From: Eubacteriales bacterium
GTDB lineage: Bacteria; Bacillota; Clostridia; Christensenellales; UBA1750
Assembly: GCA_031551255.1 (NCBI GenBank)
Contig: JAVBNW010000068.1
Location: 1,428-65,427, forward strand
DNA length: 64,000 nt
Reading direction: 5' to 3'
Under the pieces are notes generated by a model. That model worked only from the letters and a program-made list of their open reading frames with translations. It did no database searches and was not told the DNA's origin. The first letter of the stretch is position 1. Every line of letters begins with the position of its first letter. Of the stretch, positions 34,843-45,002 are shown one piece after another. Made by a program: the position numbers and the translations under genes.

Positions 34843-35526
34843 CTAATTTGCTGGCCGAATCGTTATCTCAGCGAATTCGTAGGCAGTGTTGTTATAATAA
34901 GTCGGTTGCGAGAACCGCCTATCCGGGTTGACCGGGCGTATAGTGATGTCGACCGATTCGGATGCAGCCATGTTCATACACGCAGAATATTGGTAGGAAC
35001 GATAGGTGCGAAAAATTAGTTGTGTGCCAACTCCGGCCGCCACGATGCGCTTCATCATCAGAGCAATGATATCTGCCGTTTCCAGTTTCATCGCATCCAG
35101 GAGTGCTTCATCGACGTAAATCCAGATTTTCGCAGGGAATACCTCCCGCAGGTCTATGTCCGACGGGGCGACATCGAAAAGCGACGCCGCCGCCGATATC
35201 ACGGTGTCAATATCTCCGCCTGAGAGCAAGGAAATCATCTTGACTTGGATGAGCAGACGCAAGAACGCATCGCTTGCGCCGTTACGCTGTACACCGAAAT
35301 TCTCTGCGTATCGATCGAGCACTTTTCCCTGCGCATTGTCGATGTCGTCCCATAGGCGAACCTTATCACTCTGATTTTGGATGACGTCCAAGCCGTATGC
35401 AAACGTAGAAAAAAGCCTTCCGATGTTCGTTTCCATCGGGAGGCTATGTCTATCGTTTCGTATATCTTTTCGTGTGTAGCCGCTGGTAAGCGCTTCGAGC
35501 ATCGTGGTTAAGAATCCGGCGCTCAT
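34843..35526 (-). CDS. baseplate/tail protein (XkdU / DUF2313-like)
   Basis: Position directly after the baseplate J gene (ATGA overlap), size, and DKVLDRYAENFGVQRNG. Confidence 0.55.
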   Translation of the reverse strand: MSAGFLTTMLEALTSGYTRKDIRNDRHSLPMETNIGRLFSTFAYGLDVIQNQSDKVRLWDDIDNAQGKVLDRYAENFGVQRNGASDAFLRLLIQVKMISLLSGGDIDTVISAAASLFDVAPSDIDLREVFPAKIWIYVDEALLDAMKLETADIIALMMKRIVAAGVGTQLIFRTYRSYQYSACMNMAASESVDITIRPVNPDRRFSQPTYYNNTAYEFAEITIRPAN

Positions 35527-36704
35527 GACACATTCACCGTCCCCTCGTCAGCGACGGCCTTCTGGCGGCTGGTAATGTCGATATTATCAGTACCGTAGGT
35601 GGTTCCGTCGCTGCTTATGGAGAGGTCGAAGTCGACGACGCCGGAGATGGAGAAGACCGGCTCGTACAGGCGGTTGAAAATAACGTCCTCTCCGATGTTC
35701 AGGCCGCCCTTGACGTCGCCGCCGATGTAGGAAATCAAAGCTTGAACAATCTGTTCATCGCCGTCGCTCGGGAATGTGGCGGGTTCTGTCTGCAGGTTCT
35801 CCACCTTGATGAAGATGGGAACGGCCACCGGGCGGCTGAAGCTGATGTTATAGGTCAGTCCGGATGCGCTGACGACGCCCATGGTCGTGTTGCCATAGGT
35901 CTGGATGCCAGCAGCTTTGCGTTTGAATATCTGGGTCGCCACATCCCCATCCAGGCCGCCATAAACGACGGCCTCGAAGCTGTGGGGAGGCAGCCCGTTT
36001 GCATCGGTATCATCGCTGTCATTTTCATATACGACCGCGCTGTATACACCTTCCACATTTTGCAGGATTTCACCTGCGATTGCATCCGCGTTGACGCCAC
36101 CGGCGAAGTCGACGGACTCGTAATAGCGCGCACGGTATTCATCGTCGGTTTCGGTGTTACGACCGCCATCGAACGGGGCAAGGTTTGTCACGGCGGTTAT
36201 GCCGTCCATCGGGTTCACAATGACGGTGATGGTATTGGGCAAAGTGTTGCCATCCGGCCCGGCCAACATGGCCATTGCGGGTGCCGTCGCGCTCCCATTT
36301 GCAATCGTACCGGCAGTCTGAACTACATATTGTGTTCCCGCGACGGTGGCGGCGAGCCATCCGACCGGCACGATGGTTCCATCCGTTCCGATCACCTGTA
36401 GGTATCCTACGGCTTTCTGCGCCGATAGGAGGCGCAGTCCGATTGCCTTGCCGAGGTTGTATAGGCTGGTGCCGACTGCCGTGTCTACAAACCGACTGTT
36501 GTAGACATCCTCTATGGTGGCGAACAAGAGGTTTAAAATCCAGGCAAATATTCGCAAGAAAATACCGAGCGGGGATCGTACGGTGAGGTTAGCCTTGCTT
36601 CCGAACAATTCACGCGCCTTGTACTCGAGAGCGTCGAGAAGTTCCGCGTATGTCGGACGGCGAAAACCTCTGTCGGTCAACCCCCACTCATTCGGACTTG
36701 CCAT
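35523..36704 (-). CDS. baseplate J family protein
   Basis: RRPTYAELLDALEYKARELFG...SPLGIFLRIFAWILNLL...GTQYVV is a typical Baseplate_J N-terminus. Confidence 0.8.
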   Translation of the reverse strand: MASPNEWGLTDRGFRRPTYAELLDALEYKARELFGSKANLTVRSPLGIFLRIFAWILNLLFATIEDVYNSRFVDTAVGTSLYNLGKAIGLRLLSAQKAVGYLQVIGTDGTIVPVGWLAATVAGTQYVVQTAGTIANGSATAPAMAMLAGPDGNTLPNTITVIVNPMDGITAVTNLAPFDGGRNTETDDEYRARYYESVDFAGGVNADAIAGEILQNVEGVYSAVVYENDSDDTDANGLPPHSFEAVVYGGLDGDVATQIFKRKAAGIQTYGNTTMGVVSASGLTYNISFSRPVAVPIFIKVENLQTEPATFPSDGDEQIVQALISYIGGDVKGGLNIGEDVIFNRLYEPVFSISGVVDFDLSISSDGTTYGTDNIDITSRQKAVADEGTVNVS

Positions 36705-37078
36705 TAGGTCGTCACCTCCATTCCGATTTTCTGCCCACTGTATAGTGTGGCTTCAAATTTTGCGACTGCGGTCTTTTCCTCTATTTCGGCTTTCACATCG
36801 TCAACCTGCGCAACATCGGTTTCTTGGAATATAGCCGCGCGTAGAACCTCTCCCACCTCATCTTTCGGCAGTTCATGTGGCTTTCTGCCGAGAATACGCC
36901 CATATTCCGTGCCGTGGGTGAGGTCTAGGAAGAATTCCCCCTTCCATGTTTGGAGCGTCAAGCGAATGCTTTGCCCGGTCGTGTCGTCGCCGTAGATCTG
37001 CTCCATGAGGCCGTCGTCGTCGAAAACAAGGTCGCGATCGCCTGTGCCAACAAGGAGTGTCATGTTACCGTCTGCCAT
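36704..37078 (-). CDS. baseplate wedge protein (XkdS / DUF2634-like)
   Basis: 124 aa immediately upstream of baseplate J, with a 1-nt overlap. Confidence 0.5.
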   Translation of the reverse strand: MADGNMTLLVGTGDRDLVFDDDGLMEQIYGDDTTGQSIRLTLQTWKGEFFLDLTHGTEYGRILGRKPHELPKDEVGEVLRAAIFQETDVAQVDDVKAEIEEKTAVAKFEATLYSGQKIGMEVTT

Positions 37079-37090
37079 GCTTATACCTCC

Positions 37091-37702
37091 TTATTGCGGC
37101 GGGCTTGTATTTGAGCCACCGGAGGTTACACCCCCGTGAACATGCGATTCTAAACTAATGCCGTTTGCCGTCACGTCACCCTCCACTTCCACCTGTCCCT
37201 TGATCTTGATGCCGCCGGTCGTCACAGCGATGAAAACAGATCCGTCATCGGTTGCAATGACCGCCGCATTGTCAGGAATGCCGCTGACCGGGGCGTCACC
37301 AGTGACGATGCCGCCAATGAATACCGCATCGCTCGTGGAGTGGTTGCGTTCTGTGTTCGGTTCGGATTCCTTGCCGTCAGACACCGCTTTATCGATATCG
37401 TGGTCGACGTATACCACAAGACCAATGTCGCCCGTCTTGATCCATGGGCGAAAAATAAAGCCGCCGCTTTTAGTAGCTGCGACCGGAACACCGAGCACTG
37501 GCGGCTGACTCTGGTAATTTCCATCCTCAAGGTGTTTCGATACAGGCTGCACATCGACGGTCATTTTCTCTGGATCAAAGCCCGTCACCCGAACGATTGC
37601 CGAGACATTGACGGAGGCTTTTGCTTGTTTGTCCTGCTGCTGTTGGTATTTGTATGGGTCAACGTTTCTCACACCGAACGCACTTCCATTTCCGTTTTCC
37701 AA
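37091..37702 (-). CDS. baseplate central spike (gpV / gp138-like)
   Basis: OB-fold-like middle (FRPWIKTGDIGLVVY), beta-helix tail (IKIKGQVEVEGDVTANG) and apex SHVHGG (HxH). TTG start uncertain. Confidence 0.6.
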   Translation of the reverse strand: MENGNGSAFGVRNVDPYKYQQQQDKQAKASVNVSAIVRVTGFDPEKMTVDVQPVSKHLEDGNYQSQPPVLGVPVAATKSGGFIFRPWIKTGDIGLVVYVDHDIDKAVSDGKESEPNTERNHSTSDAVFIGGIVTGDAPVSGIPDNAAVIATDDGSVFIAVTTGGIKIKGQVEVEGDVTANGISLESHVHGGVTSGGSNTSPPQ

Positions 37703-38511
37703 TCTCCGCTCCGGCTTCCGATATGACGGCCACGTACGACCATAAATCGACCGTTCAGGTCGCGGGACTGGATTTTGATGATATCGGCAGGCCCAATGTG
37801 ATAGTTAAGCAAAGACGAGCGAGTCTTCGTCTGTTCCTCTTTATCCTCAGCAGGAACCTGCGTTGTGAGATCGGTTTCGATCGGGATGACTATGTTTTCA
37901 TCGGTCGCCCGGAGAAGGCCGGTCTGCGGGGAGAGCAAGTATCCCATGTTCACGCCGATGTCAGGTTTATTGATGATTAACTGACCGGTGGGACGTATCA
38001 GAAGGCGGCTTTTGCAATCGCTGACGACGATTTCTTGCAAAACATCCTTGAGTTTTCCCCGGCAGACGCGCCCGCGAGGGTATGTCTTGTTTTCCATAAG
38101 CTCGAAGGTTCCAACCTCGAGGCCGAAAATATTCAAAAGGTCGGTAAGCATTGCCTTTGCATCTATGCTCTGTTTGTATGTCTTATTGACCTGTGCCGAA
38201 AGCCACTCATCAAGGGCGACGGTCGCGGTGATCTTTGTAGTCCAATCCGTTGTGTCCTTCTTGTGGGATAGTGCAGCGACAGCCCCGACAAACAGACACC
38301 CGATATCGCCTTCGTACCCGGCGTTGACGATGACCGGATCGCCTTTCTTGATGTTGTTCCGGGTGGTTGCGGAAAGATTGGTCGCGGTGATGGTCGCCGT
38401 GGTCAACTCCTCGCTGTCTTCGAACGGGATATCGAACGAGAAATTTAGATTTTCCAACGTGTATTTATTCGCCCGAATCTGGAGCGTTGCGTCCCTTATC
38501 CAAAACGCCAT
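37669..38511 (-). CDS. baseplate hub protein (XkdQ / late-control-D-like)
   Basis: 280 aa; position and length match XkdQ/YqbQ. Confidence 0.5.
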   Translation of the reverse strand: MAFWIRDATLQIRANKYTLENLNFSFDIPFEDSEELTTATITATNLSATTRNNIKKGDPVIVNAGYEGDIGCLFVGAVAALSHKKDTTDWTTKITATVALDEWLSAQVNKTYKQSIDAKAMLTDLLNIFGLEVGTFELMENKTYPRGRVCRGKLKDVLQEIVVSDCKSRLLIRPTGQLIINKPDIGVNMGYLLSPQTGLLRATDENIVIPIETDLTTQVPAEDKEEQTKTRSSLLNYHIGPADIIKIQSRDLNGRFMVVRGRHIGSRSGDWKTEMEVRSV

Positions 38512-38867
38512 CAGTCCACCCGCCTTTCGTGCAGGTATAGGCGCACAGAACGTCCTAGATTGTCTTCCGTCACTTCATGGATGTCTTCCCCGGTTAAACA
38601 CTGTGGGATGATAACGGGGAGCGGAAATCGTTCATCTTCGATACTGCCGAACATCGCCCGGCCATATCGGATGGGATCTCCGAACGCAAGCACCTCGCCC
38701 GTGGCGGAATAGAGATCTGCCGTGAAAAAGCCTCCCGCGTCGTTGTACTTGATCGTGAAAGCGAAGGTTTTGTCTATTAGCTTAATCGCAAAGGCGTATG
38801 GCACTCTGTCTACGTTGATGTCGATATACGAAACCTCGTTACCGAGGTCGATGAGCTGCAATGCCAT
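38511..38867 (-). CDS. hypothetical baseplate-module protein
   Basis: 118 aa, good RBS (AAGGAGGG), in the tail operon. Confidence 0.45.
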   Translation of the reverse strand: MALQLIDLGNEVSYIDINVDRVPYAFAIKLIDKTFAFTIKYNDAGGFFTADLYSATGEVLAFGDPIRYGRAMFGSIEDERFPLPVIIPQCLTGEDIHEVTEDNLGRSVRLYLHERRVD

Positions 38868-38883
38868 CGAATAGCCCTCCTTG

Positions 38884-39474
38884 CTACGTCAGGCCGTTGT
38901 AGCTGGCCGATGATCGTGTTGTTGGGCCAATGCTGCTTCCACCACTATAGGCAAGAGAATAGCCCGCATACTGACCGGCGCTGATCGCCTCGAACGCGAC
39001 GGTCTGCGTTCCCGCATTGCTTGTTTTTCTAGCTTGCGAGGTGGAGGCTTTCCCGGCATCCTGGGTTGTCATCATTGTGACTTCTCCTACTTCAACACGC
39101 TCTGCGGAGGTTATTTGCACCTCTCGGAACTGCACCTTGAACGCGCACCCATCTTTGCTTTTCGAGCTATAATCGAATGTGAGAGATGTGATCACTAGAT
39201 TCTCGGCGCGCGTTCTGCCGGAATAGGTCAAAATGTCCCGCTCGTCTCGCATTCGTTTGAGTGCATCTACAGCTTTTTCGCCGCCTATAATGACACCGGA
39301 AACACCAAAGTTCGAAGTATCCAATATGACATGATCGTTGATATCCGACCCGTCTTCCACAGGATTAGAGGTGACCTTGCTGGTCATGCTAAGATTTTCC
39401 GTCTGAATCGTGCCAGTATCGTCAGCTATAAAGCGAACCGTCCCGGTTTTCCTTCCGGTGATCGTATATGCCAT
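38884..39474 (-). CDS. tail/baseplate protein with DNA-circulation / Dit-like N-terminal domain
   Basis: ATG 39474 behind GGAGGTG. TSNPVEDGSDINDHVILD...GVSGVI motif, directly after the tape measure gene. Confidence 0.5.
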   Translation of the reverse strand: MAYTITGRKTGTVRFIADDTGTIQTENLSMTSKVTSNPVEDGSDINDHVILDTSNFGVSGVIIGGEKAVDALKRMRDERDILTYSGRTRAENLVITSLTFDYSSKSKDGCAFKVQFREVQITSAERVEVGEVTMMTTQDAGKASTSQARKTSNAGTQTVAFEAISAGQYAGYSLAYSGGSSIGPTTRSSASYNGLT

Positions 39475-39486
39475 CGAGGTCACCTC

Positions 39487-41988
39487 CTACGTGTAAGCGT
39501 TTTTTAGGGTCATCAGTTCCAACTCGTCCGCTCGCGCATCGTCATAAAGCTGCTTAAATATCGCTTTAAGCTGGGAGATCATTTCGGCGATGGTGTCGTT
39601 GTCGGGGTTGCCCTGGATGATAATCGTGATGGGTGGCGACGTGGAGCCACTATCAGAAGGTCGTGGAGGCGCGTTGGAGCCGCGAGCGCCCTCGATGAGC
39701 CTGTCGCTCTTGTCAGCCGGTATGATGGCGCTACCGGACGGCAGGAAGGCGAGCTCGCCGCCCTGCTCGTTGATCCGCGTCCATCCACCTTCGAAGTTGT
39801 CGGTGCCGGTGGCATGACCGGGAATGCTTGCGCCTGTGACGGTGATGTTTGCGCTGCTCACGCCTTGCGCGGCGGATGCCATCTTGCCAAAGGCGGCGAC
39901 GATTTTCTGTGCGCCGGTTTCGGCAGCCGTCGTCATGCGCGACCATGCCTCTTCGGCGTTGATCGCCATTGTCGAATAAGTACTGGTAGCCTCGGTGCCC
40001 ATAAGCTGGAGATTTAAGTCGCTGATATCCTTGGTGGCGATAATATCTTCCTGCGCCTTGGCATTCGCCTTTGACGACGCAGTAGTGATGTCCTTGGTAT
40101 ACTCTGCGGTATCTATCGCAAGCGAAGTCTCTTTTCCCGTCGCATCTTCTAGGCCGGATACGGCCCCTGTAAGGTCATTGACCGCAACTTCGCTTTCCTT
40201 TGCCCCGCCAAAGAGGCTTGAGAAGAAGCCTACAACCTTCCCAACACCATCCGCGAGCCATCCAATGACCGTGCCTAATACATCTCCGATTATCCCGAGC
40301 ACTGTTCCGATGATTTCAAGAACGGGCGAAAGAAGTTCAAGGATGGGCGCGATAATACCGAGCAGCTTTGCAATCGGTGGCAGTATGGCCTCCGCAATCT
40401 TTTGTATGATCGGCATCAGCGTTTCGATGATAGGTGCCAACGCCTCAAAGATCGACAATAGGGGCGGAAGCAGTGTATCTACCAGAATTGCGAGGATCTT
40501 CGCAAGCGGAGGAAGGATGATTCCTGCCAATTGTCCGAATACCTGAAGCAGCGGCGTCGCCACTTGAAAAACCGTCCCAAGAACCTCAACCAGAATCGGG
40601 AAGAGGTTCATGCCAAGCTCAATTAGGATTGGCATTGCTTGCGCAAGGCCGTCAGAGAGCATTTCAACAAGACCCATGAGCATCGGTTCAATCTGTGGCC
40701 ATGCATCCATAATGGTGGTGAACAAGAGCTCGAGCACCGGAGTAAACTTTGCTCCGGCGTTCTCCATAAAGTCAGTCCAGATGCCGTTCAATGACTTCGT
40801 GCTGTTCACGAGGCCATCCGTCTGCTCAATTGCCGCCCTCTGGATATCCTCGCTCTGCTCGAGGATGGCGCTCATCCTGATTTGCGCCCTCGTTGCATCG
40901 TCCAACTTGTCGATATTTTGGGTTATCCCCATCTTTAAGGCCTGGTTCTTTAGTGTTGTTTCATCGAGGTTGATTCCGTATTCCGTGAGCGCGGATGTGT
41001 TGCCCTTTATGGCATCCTGCACGACGGAGAGGGCTTCCGCGTCCTCCATTTTGAACGCATTGCCGAAGTCGTATGCCAGCGAAGTGGTGATCTTCGACAG
41101 GTCGTTCGCGGCGTCGCCGGTGATGCCGAGATCATTGTACATCGCCCGATTCTGAACAAGAAACCCTTTGACCTCAGAGGTACTTCTATGAACTGCATCC
41201 GAAAAGTTATCGGCCCATTGTGCAGCATCCGTATCCGCAAAAAGTCGGTCGAATTTTGCCGAAACATTCTCGGTCGCCTTTGCTGCATCGAGCGCAGCTC
41301 CCACGAAATCCTTCAAAGCAGATGCCGCAGCCTTTATAGCTTGAAAACCAACAAAAGCTTTTAAAGCTCCACCGAGGGCGTCCTTTATCACGCCCCCGCC
41401 CTTTGCCCCGGCATCACCCATATCATTCAGTTCGTGTTCTGTTTTGTTCGCCTGGTCACCGACCTTTTTTTCGGCATCCTCCGCATCATCAAGAGCTCCA
41501 ACCAGCTTGTTTTTGATAGTTTGGATTGGATGAAGAAAGGCGTTGCTGATGGCTTTTGCGCCCTTTGTCACGTCGTTTCGGAACCCTGTAAACTTTTTAT
41601 CCACGAAGGCCAGTGCGCCGGACAGGCCGGTTTGGAAGCTCTTGGCGAGGGATTGCCCGTCCTTGATGGCGGCCGAAGTAACTTTCTTGAACGCAGCGCC
41701 GAAGCTGTCGGAGTCCGCTCCCATTTTCCTGAACGCTGCGTTGGCGTCATCCCCGGCATTGTCGAGATCGTTGCCCACACGATTCACCGCTTCGTCAACC
41801 TCATTGATCGACTTAACACCGACTGCGCTAGCTCCGCCGATATCACGGCCAAAGTTCAATGCGCCCGCTTGCGCCCGCTGTTCAGCTTCACCGACGCCAT
41901 CCAGGCCCTTTTCCAAGGTATCGACGTCTCGAATCGCGTCGCCTGCGTTAAAGCTGATGCCATAGGTCATTTCCCTGCTGTCCGCCAT
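39487..41988 (-). CDS. tail tape measure protein
   Basis: 833 aa, alpha-helical Ala/Gly/Lys-rich. Central hydrophobic block (ILPPLAKILAILVDTLLPPLLSIFEALAPIIE...). Lies between the chaperone and baseplate genes. Confidence 0.8.
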   Translation of the reverse strand: MADSREMTYGISFNAGDAIRDVDTLEKGLDGVGEAEQRAQAGALNFGRDIGGASAVGVKSINEVDEAVNRVGNDLDNAGDDANAAFRKMGADSDSFGAAFKKVTSAAIKDGQSLAKSFQTGLSGALAFVDKKFTGFRNDVTKGAKAISNAFLHPIQTIKNKLVGALDDAEDAEKKVGDQANKTEHELNDMGDAGAKGGGVIKDALGGALKAFVGFQAIKAAASALKDFVGAALDAAKATENVSAKFDRLFADTDAAQWADNFSDAVHRSTSEVKGFLVQNRAMYNDLGITGDAANDLSKITTSLAYDFGNAFKMEDAEALSVVQDAIKGNTSALTEYGINLDETTLKNQALKMGITQNIDKLDDATRAQIRMSAILEQSEDIQRAAIEQTDGLVNSTKSLNGIWTDFMENAGAKFTPVLELLFTTIMDAWPQIEPMLMGLVEMLSDGLAQAMPILIELGMNLFPILVEVLGTVFQVATPLLQVFGQLAGIILPPLAKILAILVDTLLPPLLSIFEALAPIIETLMPIIQKIAEAILPPIAKLLGIIAPILELLSPVLEIIGTVLGIIGDVLGTVIGWLADGVGKVVGFFSSLFGGAKESEVAVNDLTGAVSGLEDATGKETSLAIDTAEYTKDITTASSKANAKAQEDIIATKDISDLNLQLMGTEATSTYSTMAINAEEAWSRMTTAAETGAQKIVAAFGKMASAAQGVSSANITVTGASIPGHATGTDNFEGGWTRINEQGGELAFLPSGSAIIPADKSDRLIEGARGSNAPPRPSDSGSTSPPITIIIQGNPDNDTIAEMISQLKAIFKQLYDDARADELELMTLKNAYT

Positions 41989-42044
41989 GTCCTCACCTCC
42001 TTATGGAAGAAAAGGCCGCCCCCATAAAAGAGGCGGCCGGTAAT

Positions 42045-42293
42045 CTATTTTCTTATTTGCCATTCGTCTTGCCAGATGAGCCGCGCTTCGACGGCCTCGC
42101 GATATTCCGCAATGTGCATCGCGCGCGCTTCCGTATAGGTGATTCCAGGGCCAGCGGCGAAGACCAAACACCAGAATTCTTTGTTGCGCCGGGCGCGCTG
42201 CTGCGCAGCGCCTATATCGTCTTCACTCGCGAAGAAAGGACTCGATTTCCTTGACAAGCAGTTCCGGAGTTTTGATATCCTCCTGCTCGTCAA
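42045..42293 (-). CDS. tail-assembly chaperone extension ORF (probably expressed by frameshift)
   Basis: Overlaps 42223..42561 by 71 nt. Its first ATG is codon 59 of 82. Lies in the +1 frame relative to the upstream ORF. Confidence 0.45.
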   Translation of the reverse strand: MTSRRISKLRNCLSRKSSPFFASEDDIGAAQQRARRNKEFWCLVFAAGPGITYTEARAMHIAEYREAVEARLIWQDEWQIRK

Positions 42294-42561
42294 AGTAGCT
42301 CAAACCACCTCCTGCTACTTCTGCAGGAGCGATGACGCAATTCCTGAACAGTGTGTCCATATACTTGCTACTGTTGCGCTTGCCACCGCCGGTATTCCCG
42401 CAATCATCGTTGAGATTGTAATACCACGTCGGGCTGACGCTTTGAAGTGTGTATGCCTGACCGTTGATGGTGACCTTTTTTTGCTTGGCCATGTATTTCC
42501 TATAGCCCCTTTCCGATAATGATTTAGGTTTAGGTCGCCAGTTCTTGTGCTGGGACATCAC
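42223..42561 (-). CDS. tail assembly chaperone (XkdN-like)
   Basis: KKVTINGQAYTLQSVSPTWYYNL...ELLVKEIESFL, between tube and tape measure. The true start may be ATG 42492. Confidence 0.6.
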   Translation of the reverse strand: MMSQHKNWRPKPKSLSERGYRKYMAKQKKVTINGQAYTLQSVSPTWYYNLNDDCGNTGGGKRNSSKYMDTLFRNCVIAPAEVAGGGLSYFDEQEDIKTPELLVKEIESFLRE

Positions 42562-42564
42562 CGG

Positions 42565-42966
42565 TTACCTGTAATTCAGGTCGGGGATGTAAACGTTGAC
42601 GGTTACGGTGGTCTGTTCCCTGCCGCGAGGGGTATCCGGCATCTTGAGAATGCGGCAGTTCTCCTCGTTCACATGGATGGAGTCGGAGTCGTTCGCGTCG
42701 GAAATGGATATCCGGATGGGCCTTCGCCTTGCGCAGAGATCACGCAAATAGGCGAGAGACGCCGACGTCGACATGAGAGGAAGGGCGGCGTTACCGCTGA
42801 CATTGGCGTTTTCACTGTATGCCACATCGCCCTGCGCACCTACGGAAGGGGTCGTCATGTCTTCGTTGTTGGTGAGCGTCACGACGCCGTCGTTCGCAAA
42901 CCCAGTGATGGCACGACCGTTTAGGGCTACAGTGACCTTTTTCGGATCGTAGGTTGTTACGTCCAT
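42565..42966 (-). CDS. tail tube protein (DUF3277-like)
   Basis: 133-aa beta-rich protein directly downstream of the sheath-like gene. Confidence 0.55.
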   Translation of the reverse strand: MDVTTYDPKKVTVALNGRAITGFANDGVVTLTNNEDMTTPSVGAQGDVAYSENANVSGNAALPLMSTSASLAYLRDLCARRRPIRISISDANDSDSIHVNEENCRILKMPDTPRGREQTTVTVNVYIPDLNYR

Positions 42967-42983
42967 GCTCGTTTCCTCCTTCC

Positions 42984-44081
42984 TTAGGCGCTGAGGGAGG
43001 CGCGAAGCGTCCCCTCGACTTTGACACTATGGACAGCTCCCTCGAGGAGGGCTTCCCAAGTGATATCCGGCATAACGCGGGAGCGGGCCTGTTCTTCCGT
43101 CGCCTCAGAGCGCTTCGGCACGTTGACGGTGTAAACACCGGCTTCGCTTTCAGGGTCGACGGCGACGATGCCGAGGTCGACAGCGCGGTTGAGCGCAGCA
43201 AACACACCGGCGGCCACAAGGGAGAACCCTTCATCGGTATAGGGTACCTTTGCGTTTTCCTGGAAGATATTGTACAGTTCTTCGCGCATGTAGTAGGCGA
43301 TATAATCCGCGCCAAGCTGCACATCGACAAACTCGCCGTCCCAGCATGTGCCGTTTTTCACATATTGACGCTTATACTCTTCGGTGAGGAAATTGATATT
43401 CGCCTCTTCCAGTGCATCGCGCTGGGCATTGGTGAGATCCGGCATGGTGATGCCTTCAGGGGTCTTAAACTTCCAGCTGACCGATACCGGATAGAACGGG
43501 CCGACATTACCGAGATATGCAGCGTCCGCCTCCTCGTCGAGGTGCTGTTCGTCGGAATAAATGATGATAGAGCGTCGATACGCCCCGGCGATATCTTTGT
43601 TATCCGTCTGGCCGAAGTAGATCTTCCGGTGGTCTTCGACACCAGCGCCCAGTTCCGCTTCCGAGGGCTCGCTATCCTCCGCGAATTGTGCTAGAGTTTG
43701 CACGATGTCATCTTCGTCATGGTCAGTCAGAAAAATGTACCAATCGTTGTTAGTTTCCTGTAGGGTTTCGATTTTCGATAACAAATCCGCCGCCTTCTCG
43801 GAATCGGTGTCTCCTGTTAGCGGCGCAAACCCAACGATCTTCACTTTCCGGATAAGACGATCGGCGAGCGTGGTCTTCCCCTGATTAAAAAGGGCAGCGC
43901 ACTTGTTATAAATGCGCTGTGGTTGGCCTCCGACGTCCGGGTATGCCACCTTTACCTCATCCAAACTTCGGTAGATGGCAATAGGCACTTCCCCAGCCGT
44001 CGAGATGAGCAGTATATCGAGAGCTTCCGACGACTTCGGTTTTGCGTCGATGTTCACGACAACGACAACGTCCTTGGGCAT
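42984..44081 (-). CDS. tail sheath-like protein (DUF3383-like)
   Basis: 365 aa at the head of the tail module, preceding tube, chaperone and tape measure. Assigned on position and size only. Confidence 0.55.
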   Translation of the reverse strand: MPKDVVVVVNIDAKPKSSEALDILLISTAGEVPIAIYRSLDEVKVAYPDVGGQPQRIYNKCAALFNQGKTTLADRLIRKVKIVGFAPLTGDTDSEKAADLLSKIETLQETNNDWYIFLTDHDEDDIVQTLAQFAEDSEPSEAELGAGVEDHRKIYFGQTDNKDIAGAYRRSIIIYSDEQHLDEEADAAYLGNVGPFYPVSVSWKFKTPEGITMPDLTNAQRDALEEANINFLTEEYKRQYVKNGTCWDGEFVDVQLGADYIAYYMREELYNIFQENAKVPYTDEGFSLVAAGVFAALNRAVDLGIVAVDPESEAGVYTVNVPKRSEATEEQARSRVMPDITWEALLEGAVHSVKVEGTLRASLSA

Positions 44082-44085
44082 GGTA

Positions 44086-44634
44086 TCACTCCTTTATTTC
44101 GTGCGTTGTAACGGTTCCGACCGTTCTATCCGTTCGGCTGTCGGAGCGCGTGTATCGGACGCGAATATCAAATCCATAACGTCTTGCGGCCTCGTCGACG
44201 ACGAGGGTTGTTCTGTTCCCCGCGTTGGTGACATCCACGACGACGATTCCGAGATTCGAAAGGATGTCGTACCCAGCGACTAAAAAAAATCCCTGAGCCT
44301 TCTCTGCAAAGCTTTGGGCTTCGTCTTCGCCGAAGATATATGGTTCAACGTCCTCCCCCTTATCGTTCTTAGTCCATCGGTTCATGCTGCAAGCAACAAA
44401 AGAAAAGGTACTATTGGGTTGCTCGGATCGTGTGGTGGTTATATTGGTGCCGCCGGGGATCTCCGTGTAATCATAATTCCCCATCTCGCCAGTGGGGGCA
44501 TAGGGGCTGGTAACGGAAAAATAGAAAAACGGAAAATCCGGAACGGGTGTCGCTTGATCGGATAGAACGACGGGAATGCCTAGAAACTCTTCAAGCCGCG
44601 TCGTGATGGCATTACGAATCTCAACGAAGGTCAC
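44086..44634 (-). CDS. tail-completion / neck protein, hypothetical
   Basis: GTG 44634 in a GTGA overlap with the upstream stop. The upstream part of track ORF 44086..45048 lies inside the neighbouring genes. Confidence 0.5.
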   Translation of the reverse strand: MTFVEIRNAITTRLEEFLGIPVVLSDQATPVPDFPFFYFSVTSPYAPTGEMGNYDYTEIPGGTNITTTRSEQPNSTFSFVACSMNRWTKNDKGEDVEPYIFGEDEAQSFAEKAQGFFLVAGYDILSNLGIVVVDVTNAGNRTTLVVDEAARRYGFDIRVRYTRSDSRTDRTVGTVTTHEIKE

Positions 44635-45002
44635 TTGGGCGATGCACCTCCTTTCGCTTCCACGGCATATCTCTTCAGAGGGTGAATCGGCCCGTGAGTA
44701 AGCTCTTGCACGACTGTGTAGGTCGTGCCATCGTAGGTATCTGTGAAGGTTGCTCCTACCGCGATCTGCGCTCCATTGGTATATAGCTTTTGTGTCTGCT
44801 TGGTGTAGGTGCCTTCCGGCAGATATTGCAGATCTTCGTTTGACATCGGCATGACAATGCCCTTGAACGTCGTGGCCGTTGGGTTGAGCACAGGCTTCCA
44901 CTGGCCGCCGTTCGCTACATCGCGGCTCCCGCCCGGCGTTATCTGCTTCATGTTGTGAAGCAGGCCGAGGGGAATTTGCGGCTGGGACGCATTGAACATC
45001 AT
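44631..45002 (-). CDS. head-tail adaptor, hypothetical
   Basis: 123 aa with ATGA-type overlaps on both sides. Confidence 0.45.
   Translation of the reverse strand: MMFNASQPQIPLGLLHNMKQITPGGSRDVANGGQWKPVLNPTATTFKGIVMPMSNEDLQYLPEGTYTKQTQKLYTNGAQIAVGATFTDTYDGTTYTVVQELTHGPIHPLKRYAVEAKGGASPK

Noticed and set aside
42223-42293. Canonical -1 frameshift for the tail chaperone
   Set aside because: Coordinate arithmetic puts the downstream ORF in the +1 frame, so a simple -1 slip would not reach it.
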